Shown piece after piece: positions 1-9,186 of a DNA stretch of 51,002 nt. Position 1 is the first letter of the stretch, and each line of letters opens with the position of its first letter. The stretch is taken from NCBI GenBank assembly GCA_045590615.1, contig JAZNRH010000087.1:1-51002 (forward strand), given 5' to 3'. The notes below the pieces were generated by a model. That model had not been told where the DNA came from, did no database searches, and worked only from the letters and a program-made list of their open reading frames with translations. The DNA is from Eubacteriales bacterium (GTDB lineage Bacteria; Bacillota; Clostridia; Oscillospirales; SIG627). Position numbers and translations under genes: made by a program.

Positions 1-27
1 AACTAAAATTAAACAAGTTATGCTTTT

Positions 28-93
28 CGGGAGTCCAAAGGGGGCTTTTTGCTTAAAAACACCCTCTGGTTTTATGTGGTCTAACCTTTTTTT
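28..93. repeat. REP-like hairpin plus a 24-nt dispersed repeat
   Basis: Imperfect inverted repeat CCAAAGGGGGCTTTTT-GCTT-AAAAACACCCTCTGG. Bases 69-92 (GTTTTATGTGGTCTAACCTTTTTT) are the exact reverse complement of 21292-21315. Confidence 0.6.
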
Positions 94-154
94 ACATCCC
101 CTTTTGTGTGTATAAATGCGCTATCTGAGATAGACTTGTTGTAGGTGTACGTTG

Positions 155-958
155 TTATTTGAATTGTATTCTGGTTTGAATTTCTTCGTTTTTGGGCTCG
201 GTTGTGGAGTGTGCAATATTGTGAGTGTCCAATATCTCGATAACCTTTTCCTGAGAGAGTGTCAGGATGATAGTATTTTCTCCACCGTACACGGTTTCAA
301 TAAGACTGTCCTTGAACAGCTCCTTGATTTCTTCGGGCTGTGCATCGACGTATATTGTGAGTGTTGAAGCTGCTGACGGAGCGTATTTTTGCTCTTCGGC
401 TTTTGGCGCTTCCATCATCGGCTCTTCTGCAGTTGGTATCTCCATCACGTCTTCACATTCAATGCGCTCGTCTAAAAATCCGTCTGAAATAGACTCTTTT
501 TGGACAAAGCTCATTCCTGCGTCGTCGCCGACCTCGGCTTTTTCCATAGGCGCATTTTCGGTCTCACTATAAGCAAATTTATAATCGCTGCAGCTATTGG
601 AATAGTTATTGAAGCTGTCTGCCTCGATCATTGCTTCTTTTCTCGGTGCAAGCCTTGTTGACATTGCAACTGCCACGATTATAACGAGGGCTGCAGCTGT
701 GCCGATATATCTGAAGAAAAACGGAGTTTTTTTCTTCGGGCGTTCGTTGTACACTCTGGTCATAACGCTTTCTGCCAGCCTTCCGTTCAATGTTACGTTA
801 AGCTTTGCAAAATCCTTTTTGATTTTCTTCAGCTCTTCATAACGTTTTCGACATTCGCTACATTCGGCGATATGTGACAATATTTCTTCTTTTTCAACGT
901 TTGTGAGCTCGTCGTCAATCAACGCGCTCAGGTTTTCTATAACCTTATTACAGTCCAT
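155..958 (-). CDS. Anti-sigma factor with zf-HC2 zinc finger (RsiW-like), single transmembrane helix
   Basis: MDCNKV start preceded by an AGGAGG RBS. HxxxCxxC motif (HIAECSEC) followed by a hydrophobic helix. Lies directly downstream of an ECF sigma gene. Confidence 0.88.
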   Translation of the reverse strand: MDCNKVIENLSALIDDELTNVEKEEILSHIAECSECRKRYEELKKIKKDFAKLNVTLNGRLAESVMTRVYNERPKKKTPFFFRYIGTAAALVIIVAVAMSTRLAPRKEAMIEADSFNNYSNSCSDYKFAYSETENAPMEKAEVGDDAGMSFVQKESISDGFLDERIECEDVMEIPTAEEPMMEAPKAEEQKYAPSAASTLTIYVDAQPEEIKELFKDSLIETVYGGENTIILTLSQEKVIEILDTHNIAHSTTEPKNEEIQTRIQFK

Positions 959-971
959 TATATCGCCTCCT

Positions 972-1550
972 TTACTTTCTTTCATTAGTTTTGACGGAAC
1001 GGGTGGCTTTTTGTTCCATGAAAATTTCACAAAGTCTTGTTCTCGCCCGACTTATTCGGCTTTTTACGGTTCCAAGCTCTATTGAAAGATGCTCGGCAAG
1101 CTCGACGTAAGACATATTTTCAAATTCACGGAGCACTAAAATCTCACGCATTTCGGGCTCAAGAGCGTTGAGTGCGTGTCTGAGCTCATCTAAATTCTCG
1201 TTGTGAATTACTTCTTGCTCGGGTGAGGGGTGGTGTGAGCTCAGTGTTTCGTCGGCTTCAAGCTCGTTCCAACGTCTGTTTCGCAAGGCAAGAGCATCCT
1301 TGGCGCTGTTGACGGTAATTCTGTACAGCCACGTCGAAAAGGACGAGTCTCCCTTGAAGGTGGACAGCTTGTTCCAGGCTTTTATGAACGAGTCCTGAGC
1401 GACGTCAAAGGCATCGTCGTAGTTTGACATATATGAGTTTGCCACGTTGAATACGAATTTTTCATAGTGGTGGACAAGCTCGCTGAAGGCAAAGGTGTTG
1501 CCGTTGGCAGCTTCCTTTACCAGACGTTCTTCGTTATTGCATTTGAGCAT
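972..1550 (-). CDS. ECF sigma-70 family RNA polymerase sigma factor
   Basis: Region 2 motifs DVAQDSFIKAW and FSTWLYRI; region 4 motif SYVELA...GTVKSRISRAR. Confidence 0.93.
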   Translation of the reverse strand: MLKCNNEERLVKEAANGNTFAFSELVHHYEKFVFNVANSYMSNYDDAFDVAQDSFIKAWNKLSTFKGDSSFSTWLYRITVNSAKDALALRNRRWNELEADETLSSHHPSPEQEVIHNENLDELRHALNALEPEMREILVLREFENMSYVELAEHLSIELGTVKSRISRARTRLCEIFMEQKATRSVKTNERK

Positions 1551-2493
1551 CTGCGTCCTCCTTATATAGCTCCTTCAGGATTTCGATAACCGAGTCTCTT
1601 GTAGAAGCCGAGTTTATTTTTTGCCTTATTTTAGCAGCGCCCTTGATGCTTCTTATGTACCATGCGATTTGTGCTCTGCTTTCCATAATAGCCTGCCTTT
1701 CGCCCTTGAGCGAAACGGCAAGGTCAAGGTGAGTGAGGATTTCCTCGTACAAAGCTCTGCCCGTTGGTATCTCCGTCTTTGGCAATCCGAAGAGCGTGGA
1801 TTTTATTTCGTTGAAAATCCAAGGTCTGCCCAGCGCACCTCTGCCAATCATTATGTGGTCACAGCCCGTTTCGAGCATTTTCAAGGCGCTTTCGGGCGAA
1901 TTGACGTCACCGTTTCCTACTACCTCGCAGGAGACGGCTTTTTTGACCTCTTTTATAATATCGAGGTTTACGGGGGGTGCGTATAGCTGACTTCTCGTGC
2001 GACCGTGTACGGTTATTCGGCTTGCACCTGCCTTTTCAGCCATCAGGGCAATTTCTACGGCGTTGATATGCTCCTCGTCAAAGCCCCGTCTGATTTTTAC
2101 GCTGACGGGAACATCGGGCAGAGCATCAACTACTCTCGCAACGATTTCGTATACCAGCTCGGGCTTCTTCATAAGGGCAGAGCCCTCTGAGTTTTTTACT
2201 ATTTTATTTACGGGACAGCCCATATTTATATCAATAAAATCAGGGTGTGTGGCTTCAAAGAGAATTTTTGCTCCCTTTGCCATTATATCGGGCTCTGAGC
2301 CGAAAATTTGCAGAGAGAAGGGCGTTTCCTCGTCGGTGCGACGGGCAAGCTCTAAGGTTTTTTTGTCGCCAAAGACGGTTGCCTTTGCCGAAATCATTTC
2401 GCTTGTAACTCCGTCTGCGCCGTGTCGCATACAAATCGTTCTGAATGCGCTGTCTCCCACTCCTGCCATAGGCGCAAAAAATAGTTTCGTCAT
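1534..2493 (-). CDS. dusB: tRNA-dihydrouridine synthase
   Basis: Motifs APMAG, IDINMGCP, VHGRT, GNGDV, MIGRG. Start trimmed to ATG 2493 with a GAAGGA RBS. Confidence 0.93.
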   Translation of the reverse strand: MTKLFFAPMAGVGDSAFRTICMRHGADGVTSEMISAKATVFGDKKTLELARRTDEETPFSLQIFGSEPDIMAKGAKILFEATHPDFIDINMGCPVNKIVKNSEGSALMKKPELVYEIVARVVDALPDVPVSVKIRRGFDEEHINAVEIALMAEKAGASRITVHGRTRSQLYAPPVNLDIIKEVKKAVSCEVVGNGDVNSPESALKMLETGCDHIMIGRGALGRPWIFNEIKSTLFGLPKTEIPTGRALYEEILTHLDLAVSLKGERQAIMESRAQIAWYIRSIKGAAKIRQKINSASTRDSVIEILKELYKEDADAQMQ

Positions 2494-2536
2494 ATATAAT
2501 TCCTTCAAAAATTTCAAATCTTGTATTGCCAAATGC

Positions 2537-2586
2537 TTGACTTTATATTATAATAGTATTATATTACGAAAAGTCTGTAAAAGCAA
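2537..2586. promoter_or_regulatory. Overlapping divergent sigma-A promoters for iscS-thiI (+) and dusB (-)
   Basis: Plus strand: TTGACT(2537)-17 bp-TATATT(2560). Minus strand: TTGCTT(2586-2581)-17 bp-TATAAT(2563-2558). Confidence 0.6.
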
Positions 2587-2596
2587 GGGTTATTTT

Positions 2597-3727
2597 ATGA
2601 TATATCTTGATAATAGTGCCACGACACCTCTCTCGGTGTCGGCGAAAAGCAAAATTGAAAAAATGCTCGACGTTTTCGGCAATCCGTCCTCTCTTCACTC
2701 CGAGGGTCTGAGGGCAGAAAAGGAGCTTGCAACGGCTCGTGAGCTTGTGGCGAAAAGTCTTAACGCACGTGCCGACGAGGTATATTTTACTTCGAGTGGT
2801 ACAGAGTCGGATAACCTTGCAATTTTAGGCGCAGTTAAAAAGAACCTTAAGGTAGGAAAAAAGATTATTACTACCGATTCGGAGCACCCTGCCGTTTCAA
2901 GAACTCTTGAAGCTCTTGAAAAGGAGGGCTACAATATAGTAAGACTTTCTACGAGAGGTGGAAAAATTTCCACCTCAGAGCTTGAAGCAGAGCTGAGTGA
3001 CGATATTGCTCTTGTGAGTATAATGCGCACTAACAACGAAACGGGCGCAATATATGACGTTGCCTCGGTGGCAAGGGCTGTAAAGAAGGTGTCTCCGAGA
3101 GCGATTGTGCACAGTGACTGCGTTCAGGCGTATATGAAGGAGAGGCTGTCTCTTGATATGCTGGGCGCTGATATTATTTCGGTTTCGGCACACAAGGTGC
3201 ACGCACTCAAGGGAACGGGCGCGATCGTGGTGAGAAAGGGGCTTGTGCTTCCTCCTCACACCTATGGTGGAGGTCAGGAAAAGGGGCTGAGAAGCGGCAC
3301 CGAAAACACTCTCGGAATTGCTGTAATGGGCGCATCGGTTGACGAGCTTATGAAGGATTCGGGGCGACTTGAATATATAAAGGAGCTTTATTCGTATGCA
3401 GTTGAAGTGCTGGGCTCAATAAAGGGAGTTAAGCTGAATATACCCGAAAAAGCTTGCCCGTCTATTATCAACGTATCGCTTGTGGGATACCGTAGTGAAA
3501 TTTTATTGCACAAGCTGTCAAGTGATGGAATTTTCGTTTCGAGCGGCTCTGCTTGCTCGGCAAAGAAGGGGAAAAGCGGAGTGCTTGATGCCTTTGGGCT
3601 CGACGAAAAGGAGGCTGACAGCGCATTGAGAATAAGTATGTCTCATTATAACACAAAGGAAGAAATAAATACTCTTGCCAAAGCGCTTGAAAAAGCTATG
3701 GAAAGCGTTGCAAGATTGCGAATATAA
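2597..3727 (+). CDS. iscS: Cysteine desulfurase (IscS/NifS family, ThiI-associated)
   Basis: MIYLDNSATT, FTSSGTESDN, SAHK (PLP lysine), RSGTEN, SSGSACS (catalytic Cys). True start is ATG 2597; the upstream part of the listed ORF is antisense to dusB. Confidence 0.93.
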   Translation: MIYLDNSATTPLSVSAKSKIEKMLDVFGNPSSLHSEGLRAEKELATARELVAKSLNARADEVYFTSSGTESDNLAILGAVKKNLKVGKKIITTDSEHPAVSRTLEALEKEGYNIVRLSTRGGKISTSELEAELSDDIALVSIMRTNNETGAIYDVASVARAVKKVSPRAIVHSDCVQAYMKERLSLDMLGADIISVSAHKVHALKGTGAIVVRKGLVLPPHTYGGGQEKGLRSGTENTLGIAVMGASVDELMKDSGRLEYIKELYSYAVEVLGSIKGVKLNIPEKACPSIINVSLVGYRSEILLHKLSSDGIFVSSGSACSAKKGKSGVLDAFGLDEKEADSALRISMSHYNTKEEINTLAKALEKAMESVARLRI

Positions 3728-3737
3728 GGTGAAGAAT

Positions 3738-4913
3738 ATGACAAGAACGATACTTATGAAGTACGGAGAGCTTATTTTGAAGGGTGCTAACAAACGCTCG
3801 TTTGAGAAGCTTCTCTGTGACAAGATAAAGGCGAGAATGAGAAGGCTGATGGGAGATGCCTTTGAGTTTGAGTGCATGCAGTCCACTCTTTACGTAACTC
3901 CTGAGGACGACTCGATGGTAGAAGAGGCTTACGATAACCTTAAAAAGATTTTCGGTATAGTTTCTCTTTGTATTTCCTACAGAGCCGAAAAGAATATGGA
4001 GGACATTATAAGAGTTGCCTGTGAAAATATTCCACAGCATATAAGCTCCTACCGTTCCTTCAAGGTAGACGCTCGCAGAAGCGACAAGCAGTTTCCTCTG
4101 ACCTCTCCTCAGATTATGGCAGAGGTGGGAGGCGAGCTTTCCGAAATTTGCCCCGACGTGAAGGTTGACGTCGTTAAGCCCGAGATTGTGGTAAGGGTAG
4201 AAATCCGAGAGAAGTATGCATATATCCACGCAGGCTCTGAGCACGGTGCAGGGGGTATGCCCTACCTTTCAAACGGTAGGGGACTTCTTATGCTGTCGGG
4301 AGGAATTGACTCTCCCGTTGCAGGCTATATGATGGCAAAGAGAGGTGTTGAGATAGAAGCTGTCCATTTTGAGAGCTTCCCGTACACTTCGGAAAGAGCC
4401 AAGGAAAAGGTAATTGCACTTGCAAAGTGCCTTTGCAGGTATACTGACAGAGTCAGAATTCATTTTATTAGCCTCACAGAAATTCAGGAGGCAATCAGAG
4501 ACAACTGCGAGGAGGATTATTTCACCCTTATTCTGCGCAGATTTATGTTCCCGCTTGCCGAAAGAGTGGCGAAAAAGTGTCACGCTCAGGCACTTATTAC
4601 GGGTGAGAGTATTGGTCAGGTTGCCAGCCAGACAATGTCGGCAATAGCAGTTACCGACTGCACTACCAGCCTTCCCGTATTCCGTCCCTGCATTGGTATG
4701 GATAAGGAAGAAATCGTAGAGATTTCAAGAAAAATAGATACTTTTGAAACTTCAATTTTACCTTATGAGGATTGCTGTACCGTCTTTACTCCCCGACACC
4801 CGAGAACCAAGCCCGAGCTTGAAAAGGTAATCAGGGCTGAGGCGCGTCTTGACAGAGAGGCTCTTATGGATAGGGCTATGGAGAGCGCGAGTGAAATGGT
4901 GGTTGAGTTATGA
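3738..4913 (+). CDS. thiI: tRNA 4-thiouridine(8) synthase ThiI
   Basis: KYGELILKGAN, THUMP region, PP-loop LSGGIDSPVA, GESIGQVASQT, PYEDCC. Confidence 0.95.
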   Translation: MTRTILMKYGELILKGANKRSFEKLLCDKIKARMRRLMGDAFEFECMQSTLYVTPEDDSMVEEAYDNLKKIFGIVSLCISYRAEKNMEDIIRVACENIPQHISSYRSFKVDARRSDKQFPLTSPQIMAEVGGELSEICPDVKVDVVKPEIVVRVEIREKYAYIHAGSEHGAGGMPYLSNGRGLLMLSGGIDSPVAGYMMAKRGVEIEAVHFESFPYTSERAKEKVIALAKCLCRYTDRVRIHFISLTEIQEAIRDNCEEDYFTLILRRFMFPLAERVAKKCHAQALITGESIGQVASQTMSAIAVTDCTTSLPVFRPCIGMDKEEIVEISRKIDTFETSILPYEDCCTVFTPRHPRTKPELEKVIRAEARLDREALMDRAMESASEMVVEL

Positions 4914-5539
4914 GTATATTTGATATTTTTGCAAGGCTTGAAAGGGAGCGTGCCGAAAAGGAAGGCTCGGGTAAAATCGAGTATATCGTAGTGGGCTTGG
5001 GAAATCCGGGCGCTAAATACGAGGGTACAAGGCACAATGCAGGCTATATGACGCTTGACAAGGCTTGTGAAAAGCATGGCTTTCGGATTGACAGAGCAAA
5101 ATATCACTCTCTTATCGGAGAGGGCAATATCGGTGGGCACAGAGTGTTGTTTATGAAGCCAACGACCTTTATGAATAATTCGGGAGAGGCTGTTGGAGAG
5201 GCTTGCAGGTTTTATAAAATCCCACCCGAGAGGGTAGTGGTTATTTCCGATGATATTTCACTTCCCGTAGGGAAAATAAGAATAAGGCGCAAGGGCTCGC
5301 ACGGTGGACACAACGGGCTGAAATCAATAGAAGCGCATCTTTCGTCAAGCAATTACCCGAGAATAAAAATGGGGGTTGGCGAAAAGCCTCATCCCGATTA
5401 TGATTTGGCTGATTGGGTGCTTGGTAAATTCAGCGAGCAGGATAAACGCAATTTTGAAAAGTCGGCTGAAAATGCCGTTGAGGCTTTGAGCTATATTTTA
5501 GACGAAAAATTTGAAGAAGCAATGTGTAAATTTAATTGA
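4910..5539 (+). CDS. pth: Peptidyl-tRNA hydrolase
   Basis: VGLGNPG, TRHNAG, KPTTFMNNSG, GGHNGLKSI. Confidence 0.95.
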   Translation: MSIFDIFARLERERAEKEGSGKIEYIVVGLGNPGAKYEGTRHNAGYMTLDKACEKHGFRIDRAKYHSLIGEGNIGGHRVLFMKPTTFMNNSGEAVGEACRFYKIPPERVVVISDDISLPVGKIRIRRKGSHGGHNGLKSIEAHLSSSNYPRIKMGVGEKPHPDYDLADWVLGKFSEQDKRNFEKSAENAVEALSYILDEKFEEAMCKFN

Positions 5540-5551
5540 AGGAGAAAAACT

Positions 5552-6418
5552 ATGTTGTACGAAGAGCTTTTGGATATCGCAGGTTTTAACGGTGTGGAAA
5601 AAAACAGGCTTATTTCCCTTTCCTACCGTTTTCCCGAAATAAAGGAATACGCTAAAAAGTACATGGAGGGCGCAATTCCGTATAAGTGGGCTGTAAGGCT
5701 GACAGAGTCGTTAAAGACTGCTGAGGCTTCGGATTATGCTCTTGATTTGGTGCTCATTTGCCACGCCTTTGCTATGCTTAAGGATAAGTATGAGGAGAAG
5801 GGAATATCCGACGAGATTTTTGCAGACTCGGCGCGTGACCTTCTTTGTAAAACTCGTGAATGTATTGCAGTAAACGGTGATATCGGTACTGTTTCTGTAT
5901 ACTGGTTTGAGCCTTTTCTCGACCTCAGGCGCTTTGCTCTCGGCAGACTGCAGTTCACAAGACGTAAATTCCCCTTTGACACCTATGAGAAAAACGGTTA
6001 CAAAGTTGAAAAATTTGAGGACATTATAGACTGTCACATTCCATCGGGCGCTCCTTTGACGCAGGAGATGTGCTTTGATTCTTATAAAAAGGCATATAAT
6101 TTCTTCAGCGATTTGTGGAAGGACGGCGTTGCAAAGATTTATTGTGGCTCGTACTTGTTCTACCCCAAGTATCGTGAGGTTTTTGGCGAGAACACAAGAC
6201 TTTTTGCAGGCAACTTTGATATTTTCAAGGTTGAAGAATATGATAGCTTCAAGGATTCGTGGCGTGTTTTTGATACCCACGATATATCAAACCTCGATGC
6301 CCTTCCCACAACCACCTCTACTCAAAGACGTTTTATTGAGTATATCAAAAACGGTGGAACGCACGGACATGCAGAGGGCGTTATAATTTTTGACGGAGAA
6401 AAGATAGTTAATAAATAA
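5552..6418 (+). CDS. Putative acyltransferase (GNAT-like, Dbv8/Orf11*-type motifs)
   Basis: LGRLQF and HIPSGAPL motifs, recalled as typical of this family. AAGGAG RBS. Confidence 0.6.
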   Translation: MLYEELLDIAGFNGVEKNRLISLSYRFPEIKEYAKKYMEGAIPYKWAVRLTESLKTAEASDYALDLVLICHAFAMLKDKYEEKGISDEIFADSARDLLCKTRECIAVNGDIGTVSVYWFEPFLDLRRFALGRLQFTRRKFPFDTYEKNGYKVEKFEDIIDCHIPSGAPLTQEMCFDSYKKAYNFFSDLWKDGVAKIYCGSYLFYPKYREVFGENTRLFAGNFDIFKVEEYDSFKDSWRVFDTHDISNLDALPTTTSTQRRFIEYIKNGGTHGHAEGVIIFDGEKIVNK

Positions 6419-6419
6419 T

Positions 6420-7814
6420 ATGGTATTTTCAAGCTTATTGTTTTTGTTCAGGTTTTTGCCGATCGTTTTGCTTGGTTATTATATCCTTCCAAAGAAATTC
6501 AGGAATTTATTTTTACTGATTCTGAGTCTTGTTTTTTACGCATGGGGCGAGCCAACTTTCGTTATACTTATGCTCGTTTCAATCGTGGTAAACTATATTG
6601 GTGGAATAGCCGTTGACTCAAAGCGTGGCTCAAGGTGGGCAAAAATTGCCTTGCTCCTGACTGTTATTGTGGATATAGGACTTCTTGCAATTTTCAAGTA
6701 TACGGGTTTTGCCTTCGATAATATCAACGCTGTTTTCGGTACGAGTCTCGTAAGTAAGATAGTTCTCCCGATTGGAATCAGCTTTTATACCTTCCAGATG
6801 CTTTCCTACGTAATTGACGTCTACAGGGGAGGTACTCCTGTGCAGAAGAGTATAATCAAATTCGGCTGTTACGTATCTCTTTTCCCACAGCTTATCGCAG
6901 GACCGATTGTACAATACAAGACGGTTGCCGAACAGCTTGACAGCAGGGAGGAAACCGGCGAGCTTTTTGCCGACGGTGTTAAAAGATTTGTTGTCGGACT
7001 TGCAAAAAAGGTGCTCATTGCCAACAACGTCGGTGCACTCTGGACGACGGTGTCCGAAATGGACTTCTCTACTTTGCCCACACTTACTGCGTGGATTGGT
7101 ATAATTGCCTTTACCTTCCAGATTTATTTTGATTTTTCGGGCTACTCGGATATGGCGATCGGACTTGGTAAAATGTTTGGCTTCAGATTTCTTGAAAACT
7201 TCAACTATCCTTATATTTCAAGGAGCATTACGGAATTCTGGAGAAGATGGCACATTTCACTTGGTTCATGGTTCAGGGATTACGTTTACATCCCACTCGG
7301 TGGAAACCGTCGAGGCTTTGCGATACAGCTGAGAAACATTCTGGTCGTTTGGCTTCTTACGGGAATATGGCACGGCGCAAGCTGGAATTTTGTTTTGTGG
7401 GGCTTGTATTTCGGTGTCATTCTCATTCTTGAAAAGCTCTTGTTGTTAAAGCTGTTTGACAAGCTCCCAAGGGTGTTTTCTCATCTTTGGGCAATTTTGC
7501 TCTTTGTCTACGGTTGGGTTATATTTGCAATCGAGGACGTGGGCGCTATTGCAGAGTATACGAGGGCTCTTTTTGGTGGTACGGGAATAGCATATGATAA
7601 AGAGTCTCTTTATCTCTTGACGAATAACGCGTTGATTTTTATAATTGCGCTTGTTGCTTCAACGCCTTTTGTCAAGATGCTTTTTGCTAAAGTTCAGAGA
7701 TTTCCGAGGACGGCTTATGCCCTTAGCCTTGCCTTTATTGTGCTCGGCTTTGTCTTTAGTCTTGTGTATATTACTGCTTCCAGCTACAATCCGTTTTTGT
7801 ATTTCAGATTTTAG
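6420..7814 (+). CDS. MBOAT family O-acyltransferase (AlgI/DltB/PatA-like)
   Basis: LPIGISFYTFQ, FPQLIAGPI, DFSGYSDMAIG, FWRRWHISL, GIWHGA, SYNPFLYFRF. Confidence 0.95.
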   Translation: MVFSSLLFLFRFLPIVLLGYYILPKKFRNLFLLILSLVFYAWGEPTFVILMLVSIVVNYIGGIAVDSKRGSRWAKIALLLTVIVDIGLLAIFKYTGFAFDNINAVFGTSLVSKIVLPIGISFYTFQMLSYVIDVYRGGTPVQKSIIKFGCYVSLFPQLIAGPIVQYKTVAEQLDSREETGELFADGVKRFVVGLAKKVLIANNVGALWTTVSEMDFSTLPTLTAWIGIIAFTFQIYFDFSGYSDMAIGLGKMFGFRFLENFNYPYISRSITEFWRRWHISLGSWFRDYVYIPLGGNRRGFAIQLRNILVVWLLTGIWHGASWNFVLWGLYFGVILILEKLLLLKLFDKLPRVFSHLWAILLFVYGWVIFAIEDVGAIAEYTRALFGGTGIAYDKESLYLLTNNALIFIIALVASTPFVKMLFAKVQRFPRTAYALSLAFIVLGFVFSLVYITASSYNPFLYFRF

Positions 7815-7823
7815 GAGGTAAAT

Positions 7824-8948
7824 ATGAAAAGTAAAATTATTTGTATTATATTTGCACTCCTTATTTTCGGATTTTCGGTGCTCGATATTCTTGTTCCCGA
7901 CAGAGAGTTTTCCGAGTGGGAAAATCGCAGTCTTGCCCAGAGCCCCAAGCTCACCTTCAACACTCTTGCAAGTGGAGAATTCGGCAAGGCGTACGAGGAA
8001 TATATAACCGACCAATTTCCCTTAAGAGACATTCTTGTAAAAGCGAAGTTTGTTTCGGACTCGGCTCTTGGCAAAAAGGATTCGGGTGGTGTTTATATTA
8101 CCGAGTCAGCACTTTATTCTGTGCAGCCTCAGCCCGATATGAAAATTGTTGACAAAAACATTATGGCAATTGATAATTTTTCACTTGCCAATGATTTGAG
8201 CACATTTCTTTTGACGGTTCCGTCATCAACCTATATTTATTCGGATTTACTGCCTCATTTTTCTCCTGTTGTTGATGAGGGCGAGATTTTTTCGCATATT
8301 GAAAATAACCTCAATTCAGCAGAGTTTATAAATGTTGAGAATAAAATTTTTGAAAACAGAGAAAGCTATATTTACTTTCGCACCGACCATCATTGGACGA
8401 GTGAGGGCGCGCTGATCGGCTATAATTCTTTTTTGAATGCACTGGGCAAGCCTTTACTTAATAAAGACGATTTTACGATAGATGAAATTTCTACTTCGTT
8501 TGAAGGAACTCTTACCTCAAAGTCGGGAGCAATCGGCATTGAGAAGGATATAATTCAGCGTTATGATAGAAAAAGCGAGGCGAGTGTAGAAATTTTCAAC
8601 GGCGTCGAGAGTACCTCTTATCCTTCAATTTATTTTGACGAATATATTGACAAAAAGGATAAGTATTCCTACTATCTCGGTACAAATCAACCTATTGTAA
8701 GGGTAAAAACCGACTCTGAGGGTGGAAAGCTACTTGTGTTCAAGGATTCCTACGCTCATATTATGCTTCCCCTGATGCTTGGGGAGTGGTCGGAAATAGT
8801 GCTTGTTGACCTGAGATACGTAAGAAATCCAATTGGCGTTTTGCTCAAAAACGTAACGGGTTATGATATCGGAAATTTTGACACGGCGCTGTTTTTGTAT
8901 AGTACCGAAACCTTTACAACGCAGGATAATATGGTATGGTTAAAATGA
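7824..8948 (+). CDS. DHHW family protein (AlgJ/AlgX-like O-acyl transfer partner)
   Basis: N-terminal anchor; SEWENRSLAQ, YFRTDHHWT and KDSYA motifs. Follows the MBOAT gene. Confidence 0.88.
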   Translation: MKSKIICIIFALLIFGFSVLDILVPDREFSEWENRSLAQSPKLTFNTLASGEFGKAYEEYITDQFPLRDILVKAKFVSDSALGKKDSGGVYITESALYSVQPQPDMKIVDKNIMAIDNFSLANDLSTFLLTVPSSTYIYSDLLPHFSPVVDEGEIFSHIENNLNSAEFINVENKIFENRESYIYFRTDHHWTSEGALIGYNSFLNALGKPLLNKDDFTIDEISTSFEGTLTSKSGAIGIEKDIIQRYDRKSEASVEIFNGVESTSYPSIYFDEYIDKKDKYSYYLGTNQPIVRVKTDSEGGKLLVFKDSYAHIMLPLMLGEWSEIVLVDLRYVRNPIGVLLKNVTGYDIGNFDTALFLYSTETFTTQDNMVWLK

Positions 8949-8986
8949 AAATTTTATCCAATTTCGTTAAAGGTTAGTAAAAGCAC

Positions 8987-9015
8987 TTGCAAAAATTTAT
9001 AAAGTGTGTTATAAT
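8987..9015 (+). promoter_or_regulatory. Sigma-A promoter for the pfl leader
   Basis: TTGCAA-17 bp-TATAAT with an extended -10 TG. Confidence 0.8.
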
Positions 9016-9028
9016 GCAGGTGTCAAAA

Positions 9029-9102
9029 GGAATCGTCCGCAACTGGCGTAACACAGATTACTGTGAGGGAACGGACGCAATATTGAGCCGAACGCCTGGG
9101 CA
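9029..9102 (+). ncRNA. ZMP/ZTP riboswitch (pfl motif)
   Basis: P1 CGTCCG/CGGACG, conserved ACTGGCG, P2 CACAG/CTGTG, and a 3' GCCGAACGCCTGGGCA hairpin able to form the pseudoknot with TGGCG. Lies upstream of pflB, a typical context. Confidence 0.92.
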
Positions 9103-9133
9103 GTTGCAGATTTTCTGCGATTGCCCTTTTTTT
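9098..9133 (+). terminator. Riboswitch expression-platform terminator
   Basis: GGGCAGTTGCAGA-TTT-TCTGCGATTGCCC followed by T7. Overlaps the 3' strand of the aptamer. Confidence 0.85.
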
Positions 9134-9186
9134 AGGTTATGGCAAAATATACACTTTTGAAATTTTTTAGCACAAGGAGAATTTCT

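Noticed and set aside
2174-2187. REP-like palindrome AGGGCAGAGCCCT inside dusB
   Set aside because: It is short and encodes the conserved GSAL segment, so it is probably coincidental.
1997-2596. 200-aa N-terminal extension on the cysteine desulfurase ORF
   Set aside because: It is the antisense frame of dusB plus the promoter region. The family N-terminus MIYLDNSATT begins at 2597.
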